This document shows, one piece after another, positions 12,571 through 24,405 of a stretch of 64,000 nucleotides of DNA. The notes beneath the pieces were generated by a model. The model was not told the origin of the DNA and made no database searches. It saw nothing but the letters and a program-made list of their open reading frames with translations. A program made the position numbers and the translations under genes. Source of the stretch: Eledone cirrhosa (Eukaryota). Position 1 is the first letter of the stretch, and the number at the start of each line of letters is the position of its first letter. The stretch covers positions 2,728,001 through 2,792,000 of the forward strand of contig OZ024743.1 of assembly GCA_964016885.1 (NCBI GenBank), given 5' to 3'.

Positions 12571-14542
12571 TGCAGTGAAGGCCACATAAGATTTTATTTA
12601 TTTTAGAATTGCAATTGCAAATCTATAAATTCAATGTTTAGGTTTCCTTATTGAAACCTGTTATAGCTAAAATGAAATCACAAGGAAGCATTAGTTTGAA
12701 CTGATTTTAGAAGCAGGAAGTTATCATCATCATCTAATGTCATTCAACCTGCTAGAAATAACAGTCAAATCACCATCAATCCACTTCAGTAGGCATATTC
12801 TCATTATCATCATCATTTAATGTCCACTTTCCCTTCTAGCAAGAGATGGACAGGTCTTCACAGACCAAGTTGGTACTCAAGTGGAGCTTCTGACCTCATG
12901 GTTATCATGTCTTTCTCACAGCTGAAGAGTCCTCATGGCCTTTTTTCTGGGTGTGTTTATCATGGTACCAGCACTAGGGAGATTGACATGTTTTTGACAC
13001 AGCTGAAGAATCCTCCTGACCTTCTTTTGGAAGCTCTTCCTATTACCAAGCACTTTACATGGTGTACTGGGTGCATTTATCATGTAAAATACCAAACTGC
13101 CTGAAACTGCCCTGGCTCTGATATACAGCTTTCCATTTTATAATGTTCATACTTATATTAAAATATTCCTTCATAATTATATCAAGAAATGTTTAATTAA
13201 TGTTCCAAACATTAGCCTGTTAATGAAAAGGTTAGTTGGTAAATTCATCCATTTTTTTTTTTTTTTTTTTTTTTTTAATTTTAAAATGTTATTAAAACAC
13301 ATTATTTCATTACTAAGATAATAACTTAACATAGGTAACTAAAATAGGTGCTTTAGTTTCATAGAAGCAAGACCATTTTGGCTGGGTTAAATATTTTTAT
13401 GATTCTAAATGAAGCACAATTGAAAGTGAACAAGAAAGAACCTTATGTTTCTTAAAAATGTTATTTGGTTTATTTAAGCAAATAAAAAGACACAAAATTC
13501 CTTTTAACCCTCATTCTGCAAAGTTCTATTGTATTTATCATCATCTTATATCTACCTGGACCGGGCAATGCGTTATGTCCTTGAGCAAGACACTTTATTT
13601 CCGTTGCTTCTACCTGGAGTTGCGACCGATAGATAGTACTAGCAACTGGAAAGACCGACAAAAACATTGTTTCCTCGGTCTGATTTGACGAAAGTCGATC
13701 GATCCTTTTTTTAATATCTACCTAACGCCAACCACTTTAAAGGGTGTACTGGGTGCATTTTATTATGCACTAGAGAGGTTGTCATGTCCTTGGCCCTTTG
13801 TTTGCTCAGCCAGCCATTTTACAGCTTTGACTTCATATCAACATGAAAAGCAATAGTTTGACCAATATTTCTGTAGTAAGTTTCTTTGTTGGTTTTATTT
13901 GTCATTTTTAAATTGTGGTCCTTTACATATTTCATTACTTGGTATTTAGCTATAAAACTCTGTGAAGTGGTAGGTGTTAAGAAGGGCATCCAGCCATAGA
14001 AACTATGCTCCCAATGTACTGTAAAATGATGTTACGAAGGTCATCCAGTCATAGAAACTTTGTCAAAATAAAACAAGATGTTTTTATTGGGTTGGCCCAC
14101 TCAACTGTATCTGAGTAAAATCAGCACCCTAATATAGTGTGACTGTATGTCACAACTCATTGGTGAGGCACAAAATAAGTCTGGCATTCTGGAGATTTGT
14201 TTTCCATTTACATTTTGACAAAGTCCACCCCACTCGGCAAGCAAATGAGGTCTGGGATCTCGTCGAATGTCCTAAAAAAAACAATATAGCAGTCTTTTGT
14301 AGGAAATCAATTTCTGATTTAAGATTTTAAATACCCTCTAAGTTTTTGTTGTACCAAACCCAAAGCTCCAATAACAACTGAAATTATCTTAATGTTGTTA
14401 GGTGATATTGACCACATTCATGTAATTTCTATCTTAAAGTTAATATATTTTGTTATTTTTTCAATTTCCTTCATGGCTATGTTTTGGTCTCCTGGGATGG
14501 TAACATCAATAATCAACTATTTAGTATATTATTATTATTGTT

Positions 14543-15645
14543 ATTATTATTAGTCTTTTATTCCATGTTATCACTGCATTGCTGAGCACAGCTCTGTATG
14601 CCTTGGATATGTGCAGTACTGTTGTTTCTATTATACTGATAGTACTGTGTGTGCAGTGCCTAGTAATGTTAATTTCTTTAAGTTCTGGGGTTTTGGTATC
14701 TTTTTTTATTTATCATTCCCAGAGCACCTATCTAATATATAATGATTGGAGAACTGCGAGATTGTGTCAGGGATATTTTGTTCTGAACACGTTATTAAAA
14801 TAAGTTGGATTACTTTGAATAAATCATGAATGAATATTATGTAATTTAACTACTAAATTTCGCAGCTTTTGATTAAACAAACATTCTTATATGTATTTTA
14901 ATGTATTTTAAGATTCACTTCTTTAAAATTTTCAAATGTCTACACTTCCGGTTGGAGTCCATTATAAAATAACACTAAGCCGTACACATTCATATATTTG
15001 CATTGTTATATAAGGTTTATATTTCCGTCGCTAATTTTCTCCTTTTTCATTTTCATAACATTTCGCCATAATGCAGTTTATATATAATATTGTCTTTTTA
15101 AATGTATCATGGATAACTTTACTGATTACAGAAGACAGTGTAACACAGCCTCTCTTCAATTTCTGTGCATATTGTCAATTACAATTTTATTTGATGTATT
15201 ATATCTACATGCATATATATTTGCGTATAATATCAATATGCACACTACACATGCTTCCAGAAAAAGCACCCAAAGGGTGGATTTTCTGCTAGTGATTATA
15301 CTGACTGTTACTGTTTTCACCATCCCCCGTTTAGTTTATTTCTGTCTCCAGAGCTTTATATTTGAATAATTCCTCCATTTCTTTGATAGATATATTGTTA
15401 TGTGGGGATTGATACATCAATTAGATGACTTTTTTTTTCTTTATGGTCTTTGTATATAATATCTGGCTGATTGACTTTGATCTCCCTGTTTGTGTATTGG
15501 CATATTGCAGAGTATGGTTGCTTTATCATTCTCTGACACCTTTTCTTGTACATGTCTGTACCACCTTTTTTCTGTTGGTATTTCGTAGTGTTGGCATAAC
15601 TTCCATGTATGTAAATCCCAACTCCTAGCATGTCTATAGATATGT
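14543..15645 (-). mobile_element. R4/Dong-like non-LTR retrotransposon 3' fragment (restriction-like endonuclease), split by a Helitron
   Basis: NREIKVNQPDIIYKDHKEKKSHLIDVSIP ... GALGMI ... GTAH; flanked by (TTA)n on both sides. Confidence 0.7.
14731..15292 (+). mobile_element. non-autonomous Helitron (family H2)
   Basis: A|TCTAATATATAAT start; subterminal hairpin CACCCAAAGGGTG; ends CTAG|T. Homologous copy at 46995-48406. Confidence 0.7.
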
Positions 15646-17097
15646 TATTATTAACAGTAATAATAGCAGTGGGTGTCAGAATCAATTGAAAATCAAACAA
15701 AATACTTTGTCATGTTATAGCTACCTCAGGCTACAGAATTTCATGCTCATTGAAATTATAATCTATGACCACCAAATTTCAGTATACAGTCTGTAATTTC
15801 ACCCTTGCAGAAACTCGTAAATTTTAACAATTTAAAAACTATACTTTCCTCTTCGCCAAAAGATAGCTTCTCAACATTTTAGCTGAGATCAAAATATAGT
15901 TAACAATTTGAAAAACTAAATCACAATACATACATAATGAAACACAGATTGTAGGTTGCATGGAACTGAGATTTGGGCTCTGTGTGCAGTAGACCTACAA
16001 AGATTGGAAAGAAATTAGGCAAACATGCTCCGATGGTTGTGTAATAGGAAAGTACATGAATGACAAGGTATTAGATGCAGTGTGCAGGAGAGGAGACTGT
16101 TGTGGTATGGACATCTGATGCATATGGAGGATGACAGCTACATAAAAAAAATTCAAGGCACTCGAAGTTGTTGGAAACTATAAAAGAGGAAGACCTAGGA
16201 ATCTTGAAATGATATAAAGATGACCTCACATAAACCTACGAGAGGGCTCCCTCTCCTCTCCTTGTTTACTTCCTTCCAATATGGAAAGGTAGTCCCCACT
16301 TACCCCACCCTGACCCCATATACAATGACCACATGCCAACATGCCTGGTTAAAGCTAGGAAAGTTATCCGGTTAGAGGAACCAAGCCAAACAAGAATGAA
16401 ATGTGTGAACTAGACTTGGTCTTCTGTCTGACCTAGTCTCAGAGTGTGACAGCCAATCTGGCCCAGGTCGGTATTGCGGAAGTAGATGTCAGTGTGCTCC
16501 CCTTCTTCCTCCGCACTACTGATACACCTTTCCCATCCAACTCCTACATGCATGCATGCATCGAAAGCCAGACCCTCTCCACACTTGCTCTCCCACAGTG
16601 CTGGTGCCATAACAAACACCCAGTTCACCCTGTAAAGTGGTCGTCATGGTGCCACAACAAAAAAACACCATTCCATCCTATTAGGTGGTTGTCATGATGC
16701 CACAACAAAGAGGTATCCTGTCCACCTTGTGAAATGGTAGTACTAGTGTCATGACGAAAAGCTTTCAGTACATGCTGTAATGTGGTTGGCATTAGGAAGG
16801 GCATCCAGCCATAGAAAACCAAACCAAACAGATCTGTACGAGCAAGACGTGATCACTTCATCTGGCTAGCTTCATAATATTGCAACTCATGTAAACCATG
16901 CAAGTAAGGAAAAGTTGTTAAACAGTGGTGATGATGATGATATGTATGCACTGTTAGTGTGGAAGTGGAATTGTTTCACTGAATATTTGTGTGTATTTGT
17001 GTATATTTTCTTGGGCCACAATGAGTTTGAATGTGAATGTGTGTTATAAGGGTATATATGAAAGCATATATATGTTTATGTATAATAAACATGAGAT

Positions 17098-17439
17098 AGG
17101 TGGCGAATTGGCAGAGTCTTTAGAACGTCTGATAGAGATAGAATGCTTTATGGTATTCTTTCTGGCTCTCTGCTCTCTGAGTTCAAATCCCACCGAGGCC
17201 AACTTTGCCTTTCATCCTTTCGAGGTCGATAAAAAAAGTACCAGTCGAGTACTGGGGTTGATTCTTCCCCTATATCTCTTTCTCATTTCCTCTCTCTCAC
17301 TTTCTATCTTTCTCTGGAAAAAAATCTGCTGTACTCAGGCCTGGAGTGCGATGGGCTCTGCCAAGATTAGAATGTCCAAAAAACACAGTATTGACATACA
17401 GTGCCCCTACAACTCTATCAGGAGTTACGGGACCATACA
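17098..17439 (+). mobile_element. tRNA-derived SINE family B (Meta-domain-like core), subfamily with ATAC tail
   Basis: GGCGAATTGGCAGAG head, GAGTTCAAATCC B-box, core CTTTGCCTTTCATCCTTTCGAGGTCGATAAAA. A 15-bp TSD TATAATAAACATGAG (17081-17095 / 18363-18377) encloses the SINE and the adjacent Helitron. Confidence 0.8.
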
Positions 17440-18360
17440 TCTATATATATAAAACTCAGGATGTCTGTCTGTGTGTGTGTGAGTTCGAATCCCTAAAACT
17501 CGAGAACCACCCAACCGACTGTTTTCAAACTTTACACATGTAATACTTATGTTTCAGGGAGTGTTCTGAGCAAAATAAATTTCAAATTTTCAATGCCCTA
17601 GGGATGGCATTAGGCGATTTAGCGATCTTGCTCTATAATTCTTAGTCTTTCTCTTTTTAGATAGATACATACATATAACGTTGTGCCCCTATAATATCTG
17701 TCTATGTCTGGCTGTCTGCATTACATCACTTCCCTGAGGATGTCTGTGTGTGTGTGTGTGTGTGTGTGTGAATCCCTAAAACTCGAAGTACCCAACCGAT
17801 TTTTTTCAAACTTTACATGTGTATTACATATGTTTCAGGGAGTGTTATGCACATAAAAAAATTCAACTTTTTTTTATCTCCTAGGGCCCGCATTATGTGA
17901 AAAACTGCGTTTTTTAAGCTTTTTAGGGGTTTTTTGAGGCATTACATCAGACCGATTTCTTTGAAATTGTAACTATGTATTAGTCAGTCTCTTCTTCATA
18001 CCGTAAGCAAAGAAAATCTAACTTTCTTATGACCTAGGGCCCGTATTAGGTGAAAAACTTCATTTTTTCAGCTTCTTAGGGCTTTTCGAAGGCGTTACGT
18101 CTAGCCGATTTTCCCGAAATTTAAAGGCATATTATGCACATAAAAAAATTCATTTTGTTGATCCCTAGGGCCCGCATTAGGTGAAAACCTGCATTTTTCC
18201 TGCTTCATCGAGGAAAATGTTAAAGATTATCCAGCCATCAGAGTATTCGGTTTATTTTCTTTACATATTGTCCAGGCATGCAGTTTTTCCACGATTAGGT
18301 CTGTTGGCGGCCTGCGTTCCAAAATACCTTATCCCGTGCAACGCCGGGTACCACTGCTAG
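17440..18360 (+). mobile_element. non-autonomous Helitron (family H1)
   Basis: A|TCTATATATATAAAA start, GTCT/GT microsatellite, internal CTAGGGCCCGCATTAGGTGAAAA subrepeats, 3' hairpin CCCGTGCAACGCCGGG, ends CTAG|T. Confidence 0.8.
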
Positions 18361-18850
18361 TATATAATAAACATGAGTGCCTTGCTGTAAATTGTTTTAA
18401 AACTGTGATGTCACAACATTAAAACAATTCATAGCAAGACTCTTGTATGTTTATTGTACATAAACATTTTGTATATGCTTTCATATACACCTCTATGATG
18501 AACCATGCTATGTTAGTGCCACTTCTAATGTGTATGTGTACATACACAGAAGGGTACAGGTGTTTTGGCTATCAAGCAAAGAAATGACAACACCTGAATT
18601 AGTTGTAAATAAAATCAATGGTATAAACCCTTGAAGCGGAGGAAAGGTGGATAATTGCCAATGGGATTGTCCACTTTTTCCACTTCAAGGGTTTATGCCC
18701 CCAATTTATTCATAACTATATTATATTGATAATTCATGTGCCATGGATTTTTGTTCGATAGCAAAACAATATGAAAGATATATATATTAAGTCACTGAAC
18801 CATTTTTGGGGTGTGTTCATCTGTTTAACTGTGCAAAATTTTATTTTCAG

Positions 18851-18910
18851 AGTCCTTCCAGTGAAAAAGAACGCGAGTACTATGAAGAAAAAAAGAAAGA
18901 GAAAAAACGG
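18851..18910 (+). CDS. internal exon (60 nt, phase 0/0) of a K/E/R-rich protein: SPSSEKEREYYEEKKKEKKR
   Basis: Acceptor TTTTATTTTCAG, donor CGG|GTAAGT; in frame with the next three exons. Confidence 0.75.
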
Positions 18911-19055
18911 GTAAGTTGGACGTTGCTTCGAATTTTTAAAAACCTTTTTGTGGCTTTATCACTAATGAAATACACTCTATTTCATTTAATTAACAAAGAA
19001 TTTTGAAGGATTTATTAAAATTGAATTGCAAGAATGTGGTAGCAGGTTATATAAT

Positions 19056-19200
19056 AGCTTTGAAGCAACTTACAGTAGTTTTCAGGCAAGTTATATTAGT
19101 TTTGAATCAATTTATAGTAGTTTTGAGATAGCAACTGGTTGTAGCTTTGAGTCAACTTACTGTAGTTTTGATGTAATTTATTGTAGTTTTAACTAAATTT
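19056..19200. repeat. degenerate ~21-bp tandem repeat (TAGYTTTGAAKCAACTTAYWG), ~7 units
   Basis: Units read directly. Confidence 0.55.
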
Positions 19201-19674
19201 AAAGAATCTATGTGAACGCATGTCAAATAAAAATTATATACAATTATCCAAATCATATCACTGAAATATATAAATAAAACAGTCTGTAGGGTTGTTGTAA
19301 GTTCCATGGAAAAGTGACAAATATATTAGAGTCTGAGAGATAGGAGCATTATAGATTGGTTCATAAAGATATACGAAAGGAACATTCTCTCTCTCTTTCT
19401 CCCACTGTATGCGAGTGTATATGTTTATATATATATATCCAGTTTAGAATGGGTACACTGTAAGCAGCGACTGAAAGGCTTGGTGTCAGGAAGAGCATCC
19501 TGCTTTGAAATATTGCTTCAAAAAGTCCTGTCCAACCAATACCAGTATGAAATATCAATGATGATGAATATGTATTTGGGTTTTATTTACATGTAACTGG
19601 GAAATTGGATGTTGTGTGCTATGTTTTGGGTTAGTTTAGGTTGGCTTGTGTTTAGTTGTGTAAGGGAAAAAAAT

Positions 19675-20010
19675 ATGTATGTATGGTCCTGTAACTCCTG
19701 ATATTCGTAGGGGTGCTGTATTGACATACAGCGTTTGTTGGGCATTTTAAGCCTTGCGGAGCTCCTCCCTCTCCAGACCTGAGTATGGCAGATTTCTTCC
19801 AGAGAAGGATAGAAAGTGAGAGAGTGGAAATGAGAAAGAGATATAGAGGAAGAATTAACCCCAGTACTAGACTGTTACTTTTTTATCAACCTCGAATGGA
19901 TGAAAGGCAAAGTTGACCTCGGTAGGATTTGGACTCTGAGAGCAGAGAGCCAGAACGAATAGCATAAAGCATTCTATTTGACATTCTAACGACTCTGCCA
20001 ATTCGCTGCC
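19675..20010 (-). mobile_element. family B SINE, ATAC-tail subfamily (inverted relative to the 17098 copy)
   Basis: The reverse complement aligns by eye along its full length with 17098-17439. Confidence 0.8.
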
Positions 20011-21116
20011 TATATATATATAATGCCTCTGAAGCTGTGTGTGTATTGTATCATGACTGATACTGTGTGGACTGAAATCCTCAATGAAAGATCCTTCGTA
20101 CAAAGGGGTTTTCTGTTATGGTTTAAATTGTAATTCTATTTGACTAGGTAATTGTAAGCTATGTGAGGTATTTTGGGCTAGTTTAGACTTGTTGTGCTGT
20201 TGTGTAATGTTTTATAAAGAAAAATGATATGTGTGTGATAAGTCTTGTTACTCTGGAGTTTCACCTGTGTGCTCACACTAGTAGACTCTACTTTGGTATT
20301 GGGTACTCATTCTCTTATCTGTCAATATCACATGGATATGTATTTATTTATATGTAACCCACATTTCTTAATTGTTTCTAAGTTTGGCACAAGGTCAGCA
20401 ATTACCCTCAGTGCATTACTGGTACTTTATTTTATTGACCGCGTGAGGATGAAAGGCAAAGTTAACCTCAGCAGGATTTGAACTCGGACCGTAAAGGGTC
20501 GTAACTCTATGCTGCAAAGCATGGCATCCGACCCCCCTACCAATAGTGCCAATCCACCGCCAATTCTTAATAATGGTTTCTTATTTTGGCACAAGGCCAG
20601 CAGTTTTGGGGTAGTAGGGAAAGTCGTGTATTTGAACCCAACTACTTGACTGGAACTTTATTTTATCAACCTCAGAAGGATGAAAGGCAAAGTTGACATT
20701 GGCAGGATTTGAACTCAGAAAGTAAAGACTTGGAAGCAATACTGCTAAACATTTTTCTGTTGTTTTCACAACTCTGCCATTCCACCCTCTCCCCTACACA
20801 GCTTAATGAGAAGTGATTATCTAAACGGGCATATTTGTCTTCTTCAATTTAGACATCACAATGAATGGCTACATCTGTTATAGTCACCATTTCCATCTCC
20901 ACTAAATTGTATTATCACTCATACATACATCTCTCTCTTTATATATATGTATATATATATATGTGTATGTGTATATATATATATATGTATGTATATATAT
21001 ATATATATATATACACATAGATATATATATATATATGTGTGTGTGTCCCTGTCTCTCAATCTCTGTTTATATTTTTCTCCTTATCTATCTATATATCCAT
21101 CTATTTCCCTCTCCCT

Positions 21117-21162
<46 letters not shown>

Positions 21163-21413
21163 ATCCCTTTCTCCCTCTCCTTCTTTCTCTCTCTCTCTCA
21201 CCAGCCTTTCTCTATTTCATGGTTATCCCATCACTATTTTCATGGCTGCTGTTCTTTAGATTCACAAATGGCTTCCTTGTCTCACATGTTAAACCATAAT
21301 TGACATTCCCACACTCTACATACATACATACATACATACATGATCAACTCTGTGTGTGTACATACTGTTAAACCTTCTCTTTTACTGAGCTTGGGGAGTA
21401 TTTATAGGTAGTT

Positions 21414-21716
21414 ATCATCATCACCATTTTCCGTCCGGTTTTCCCTGCTTGCAAGGGTGGGACGGGAACTGATTCTGGCTTGATTTCTACAGCTGGATGC
21501 CCTTCCTAACACCAACCTCAATTACAGTGAGTGCTGGGTGCTTTTTTTTTGCCATGGCACCTCCACAACCACTTTGCAGTGGAATCTCATTTCTACAGCT
21601 GAGTAAACTGGAGCAATGTGAAATAAAGTGTCTTGCTCAAGGAAACAACACATCACCCGGTCTGAGAATTGAACTCACAACCTTTCGATTGCAAGGCCAC
21701 TAAGCCATGTGCCTTC
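21414..21716 (-). mobile_element. family A SINE with its internal hairpin deleted
   Basis: Matches the other copies but reads GTGGAAT|CTCATTTC, lacking the GATAGGGAC...GTCCCTATC hairpin. Confidence 0.8.
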
Positions 21717-22044
21717 ATGGTCAGTAATGTTGTTTTTTATTGCTTTGTTTTTAAATTGAATCATGAGGTGCAGGCAGGCATGGCTGCGTGGTTAAGGAAT
21801 TTGCTCTACAACCTCATGGTTCTGAGTTCAGTTCCACTGTGTGGCACCTCAGGCAAATAACTACCACTATAGCTTCAGGTTGGCCAATGTCTTATGAGTG
21901 GAATTTAGTAGATAGAAACTGCAACAGCCTGTCAAGTGTATTGCTTTCTCTCTCCCCAATTCCTCCATTTTCTCCAGGCTTGTCTTTTTGTTTTAATGGC
22001 TCTTTTTACTTTATCATTCCACCATTATATCACCCTCTATCTTG

Positions 22045-22565
22045 ACAAGACCTAGCTCATGGCTTCCAACAGGTTGTTCTGTAGAAATTCCCAATTTTTC
22101 TCTGTTATATATCCCTAACTCCTCTTCCTTATTGTCATGGGTGTCAAGAAGGGTTTCTCTAAATTTGTTACCTACAGAGGGTTCTCTCAGCTCCCATGTC
22201 TCCCTTCTCCAGACTGGATTTCGTTTCTTTGTTCACCTAGCCTTTACTCTCAGGTCACCGACAACTAATCTATGTTGGGAGGTATATTTCTCCCCTGGGA
22301 AGGGCTTGGTATTTATAACCATTTGCCTGTCTCCTTTCCTGGTTAGAATGAAGTGTCTATTTGGTTTGTATGTCGTCACCCCGATTGGTAGGTAATAAAG
22401 TGGTTGGCTGGTTTCTTAAGTTTGTATCACAGATCATTAAGTCGAGAGCATCACAGAACTCCAGAAGCCTAGTCTCCTTTCTTGTTCCATATCTGTAAGC
22501 CTCCATGTATGTCAGGAATCCATCATGATATTTCCGAACATGACCATTGAGGTTGTCTGTAGGAG
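22045..22565 (-). mobile_element. RTE-clade LINE APE-endonuclease fragment (degraded)
   Basis: LNGHV...HGG...RLLEFCDA...ITYQSG...QID...PFPGEKYTSQHRLVVGDL. Confidence 0.65.
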
Positions 22566-22670
22566 AGCCTCATAGAAATGGTCTTCTTTTAATCAACTTT
22601 CCCTTCTTCTAAAATTGCTGGCCTTGGGCCTATAGTAGAAACAATTATTATTATTATTATTATTATTATT

Positions 22671-23172
22671 ACAGTTGCATTTATCTTGCTTTATGTTCAT
22701 ACGAATTATCACCAAGTCACAACCAGTGACCTCAAGAGACAACAGGGTCTGCCATGTTCAAGAAAGAACATACATACTCACACATGCATCTTTAGTGTTT
22801 AGACTTGTGATGTACTTATATTGACAGAATCTTCCTTAGTATATGGGCAGTTCCCATTAGTACTATCTTTTGTATTTCTCCTATACGTGGGTTTCCTGGG
22901 ATTTGCGATAAGTAATCATTAGACCCCTTAGGTATCATTCCCAGAGCGCCCACAACCACTGGTATTGTTTTAGTTCTCAATTTCCACATTTTTCCAATTT
23001 CTATCTCCAGGTCCTTATACTTGCTCAATTTTTCAAATGTTTTTATAGATACATTCTTGTCTATTGGAACGGACATATCAATTAGCAGGCATACCCTCTT
23101 TTTAAAGTCCTTCAATATTATATCAGGTCTATTTGCATCTATTTTACGGTCTGTTTGGATGCTAAAGTTCCA
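22671..23172 (-). mobile_element. R4/Dong-like non-LTR retrotransposon, 5'-truncated, with open RLE C-terminus and 3' UTR
   Basis: DANRPDIILKDFKKRVCLLIDMSVPIDKNVSIKTFEKLSKYKDLEIEIGKMWKLRTKTIPVVVGALGMIPK...GTAHILRKILSI (PD..D RLE motif); (TTA)n on both flanks. Confidence 0.85.
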
Positions 23173-23192
23173 CTATTATTATTATTATTAAA

Positions 23193-23410
23193 AGGGCGGC
23201 GGATTGGCAGTATCGCTAGAGCTTCGGACATGCTTCACGGCATAGTTGCGGTCCTTTACATTCTGAATTCAAATCCTGCTGAGATTAGCTTTGCCTTTCA
23301 TCCTTACAGGATCGATAAAATAAAGTAGAAGTTTAGCACTGGGGTAGATTTAATCAACTCCCCCCCCAAAAAAAATTACTGGCCTTCTGCCTATACTAGA
23401 AATCATTACT
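23193..23410 (+). mobile_element. family B SINE ((TTA)n-tail subfamily)
   Basis: GGCGGATTGGCAGTATCG head, TTTGCCTTTCATCCTT..GATAAAATAAAG core, CTGGCCTT..GCCTA..TAGAAA tail. Other copies near 2360, 10820, 20370-20790, 24897-25195, 36680, 49218, 56550, 58110 and 60345-60745. Confidence 0.8.
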
Positions 23411-24359
23411 ATTTTTACCATTGTTCTTTATAACTGAATGGTGAATTGAAACACACATTAGAGTGCCAGATGAAATACATTGCAGTATTTCGTTATGACT
23501 CTACATTCTGGTTTTAAATTCCATTGAGTTCATCATTGCCTATCATTCTTCTGGGATCGATGAAATAAAGTACTGGGATTGGTGCAGTCAATTTTCTTTC
23601 GCTACTGCCAAATTGTTGACTTTATACTTAAATTAGAAACCATTATTGTTGTTTACAGCACTTCATTCTTATTTTACCAGGGATATTTTTAAAACCCATG
23701 AAAATATACAATCTACCAAATTATTGACAACTGTTTTTCTCTTTCTGTCCTGTATGTTTCAAACAAGTGTTTTAAAGCCATCTTCCCTGCTAAAGCAAGG
23801 ATTAACTTTGTGGGGCCCCATGACAAGCTTCTCCATTTTTCCCTATTGCCTGCATCCCCCCCCCCCCTTACTAAGCTCTAGCCTTCATCTCCTCCTCTGT
23901 CATCATTAGCCATGTCTTTCTGGGTTTTCTTTCTCTACTTCCTTCCACATTCATTTCTGTGACTCCTCTCACTCATTTCTCTTTACAACATCCATCACCA
24001 TCTTTAATCCCATCACCCAGTCACTTTCATCCTTCAACACATGATCCAGCCATTTCATTCAATCTCTTTATAATATTGATCACTTGCTCTATTTCCATCA
24101 CCCTCAGCAATTCAGTCTTCCTCTTTCTCAATCCACCAGACTATTCTCATTTCCATTCTTTCCAGCCTTCTCTGCTGCTCTACATTCATCACCCCATGTC
24201 TTGCTCCCATAAATCAAGACACTTCTCACACATGCAGCATACACCTTTCCCTTCAGTTTCAGTGACACTCCTTTCCTCATTAGCATAACAATAAAAGATA
24301 TACAAAATAACTGTTTATTTGTAGTTGTTTTATTTAGTGTTTCTGTTTTAACTTTACAG

Positions 24360-24405
24360 GATATTTCTTCAGACCGTTCAAGTGTGGAAGTGAAAAAAAG
24401 AAAAG
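24360..24405 (+). CDS. internal exon (46 nt, phase 0/1): DISSDRSSVEVKKRK(G)
   Basis: Pyrimidine tract plus TTTACAG acceptor, AAG|GTATTT donor; phases match both neighbours. Confidence 0.7.

Noticed and set aside
16400-16620. Possible HDV-like ribozyme in an RTE 5' UTR-like segment on the minus strand
   Set aside because: I could not build the nested double pseudoknot by eye.
20947-21303. ORFs rich in YI, HT, CV or RE dipeptides (also near 31942-32257, 48551-49270, 52532-53045, 57462-57783)
   Set aside because: They are translations of (TA)n, (CA)n, (GA)n and (ATAC)n microsatellites.
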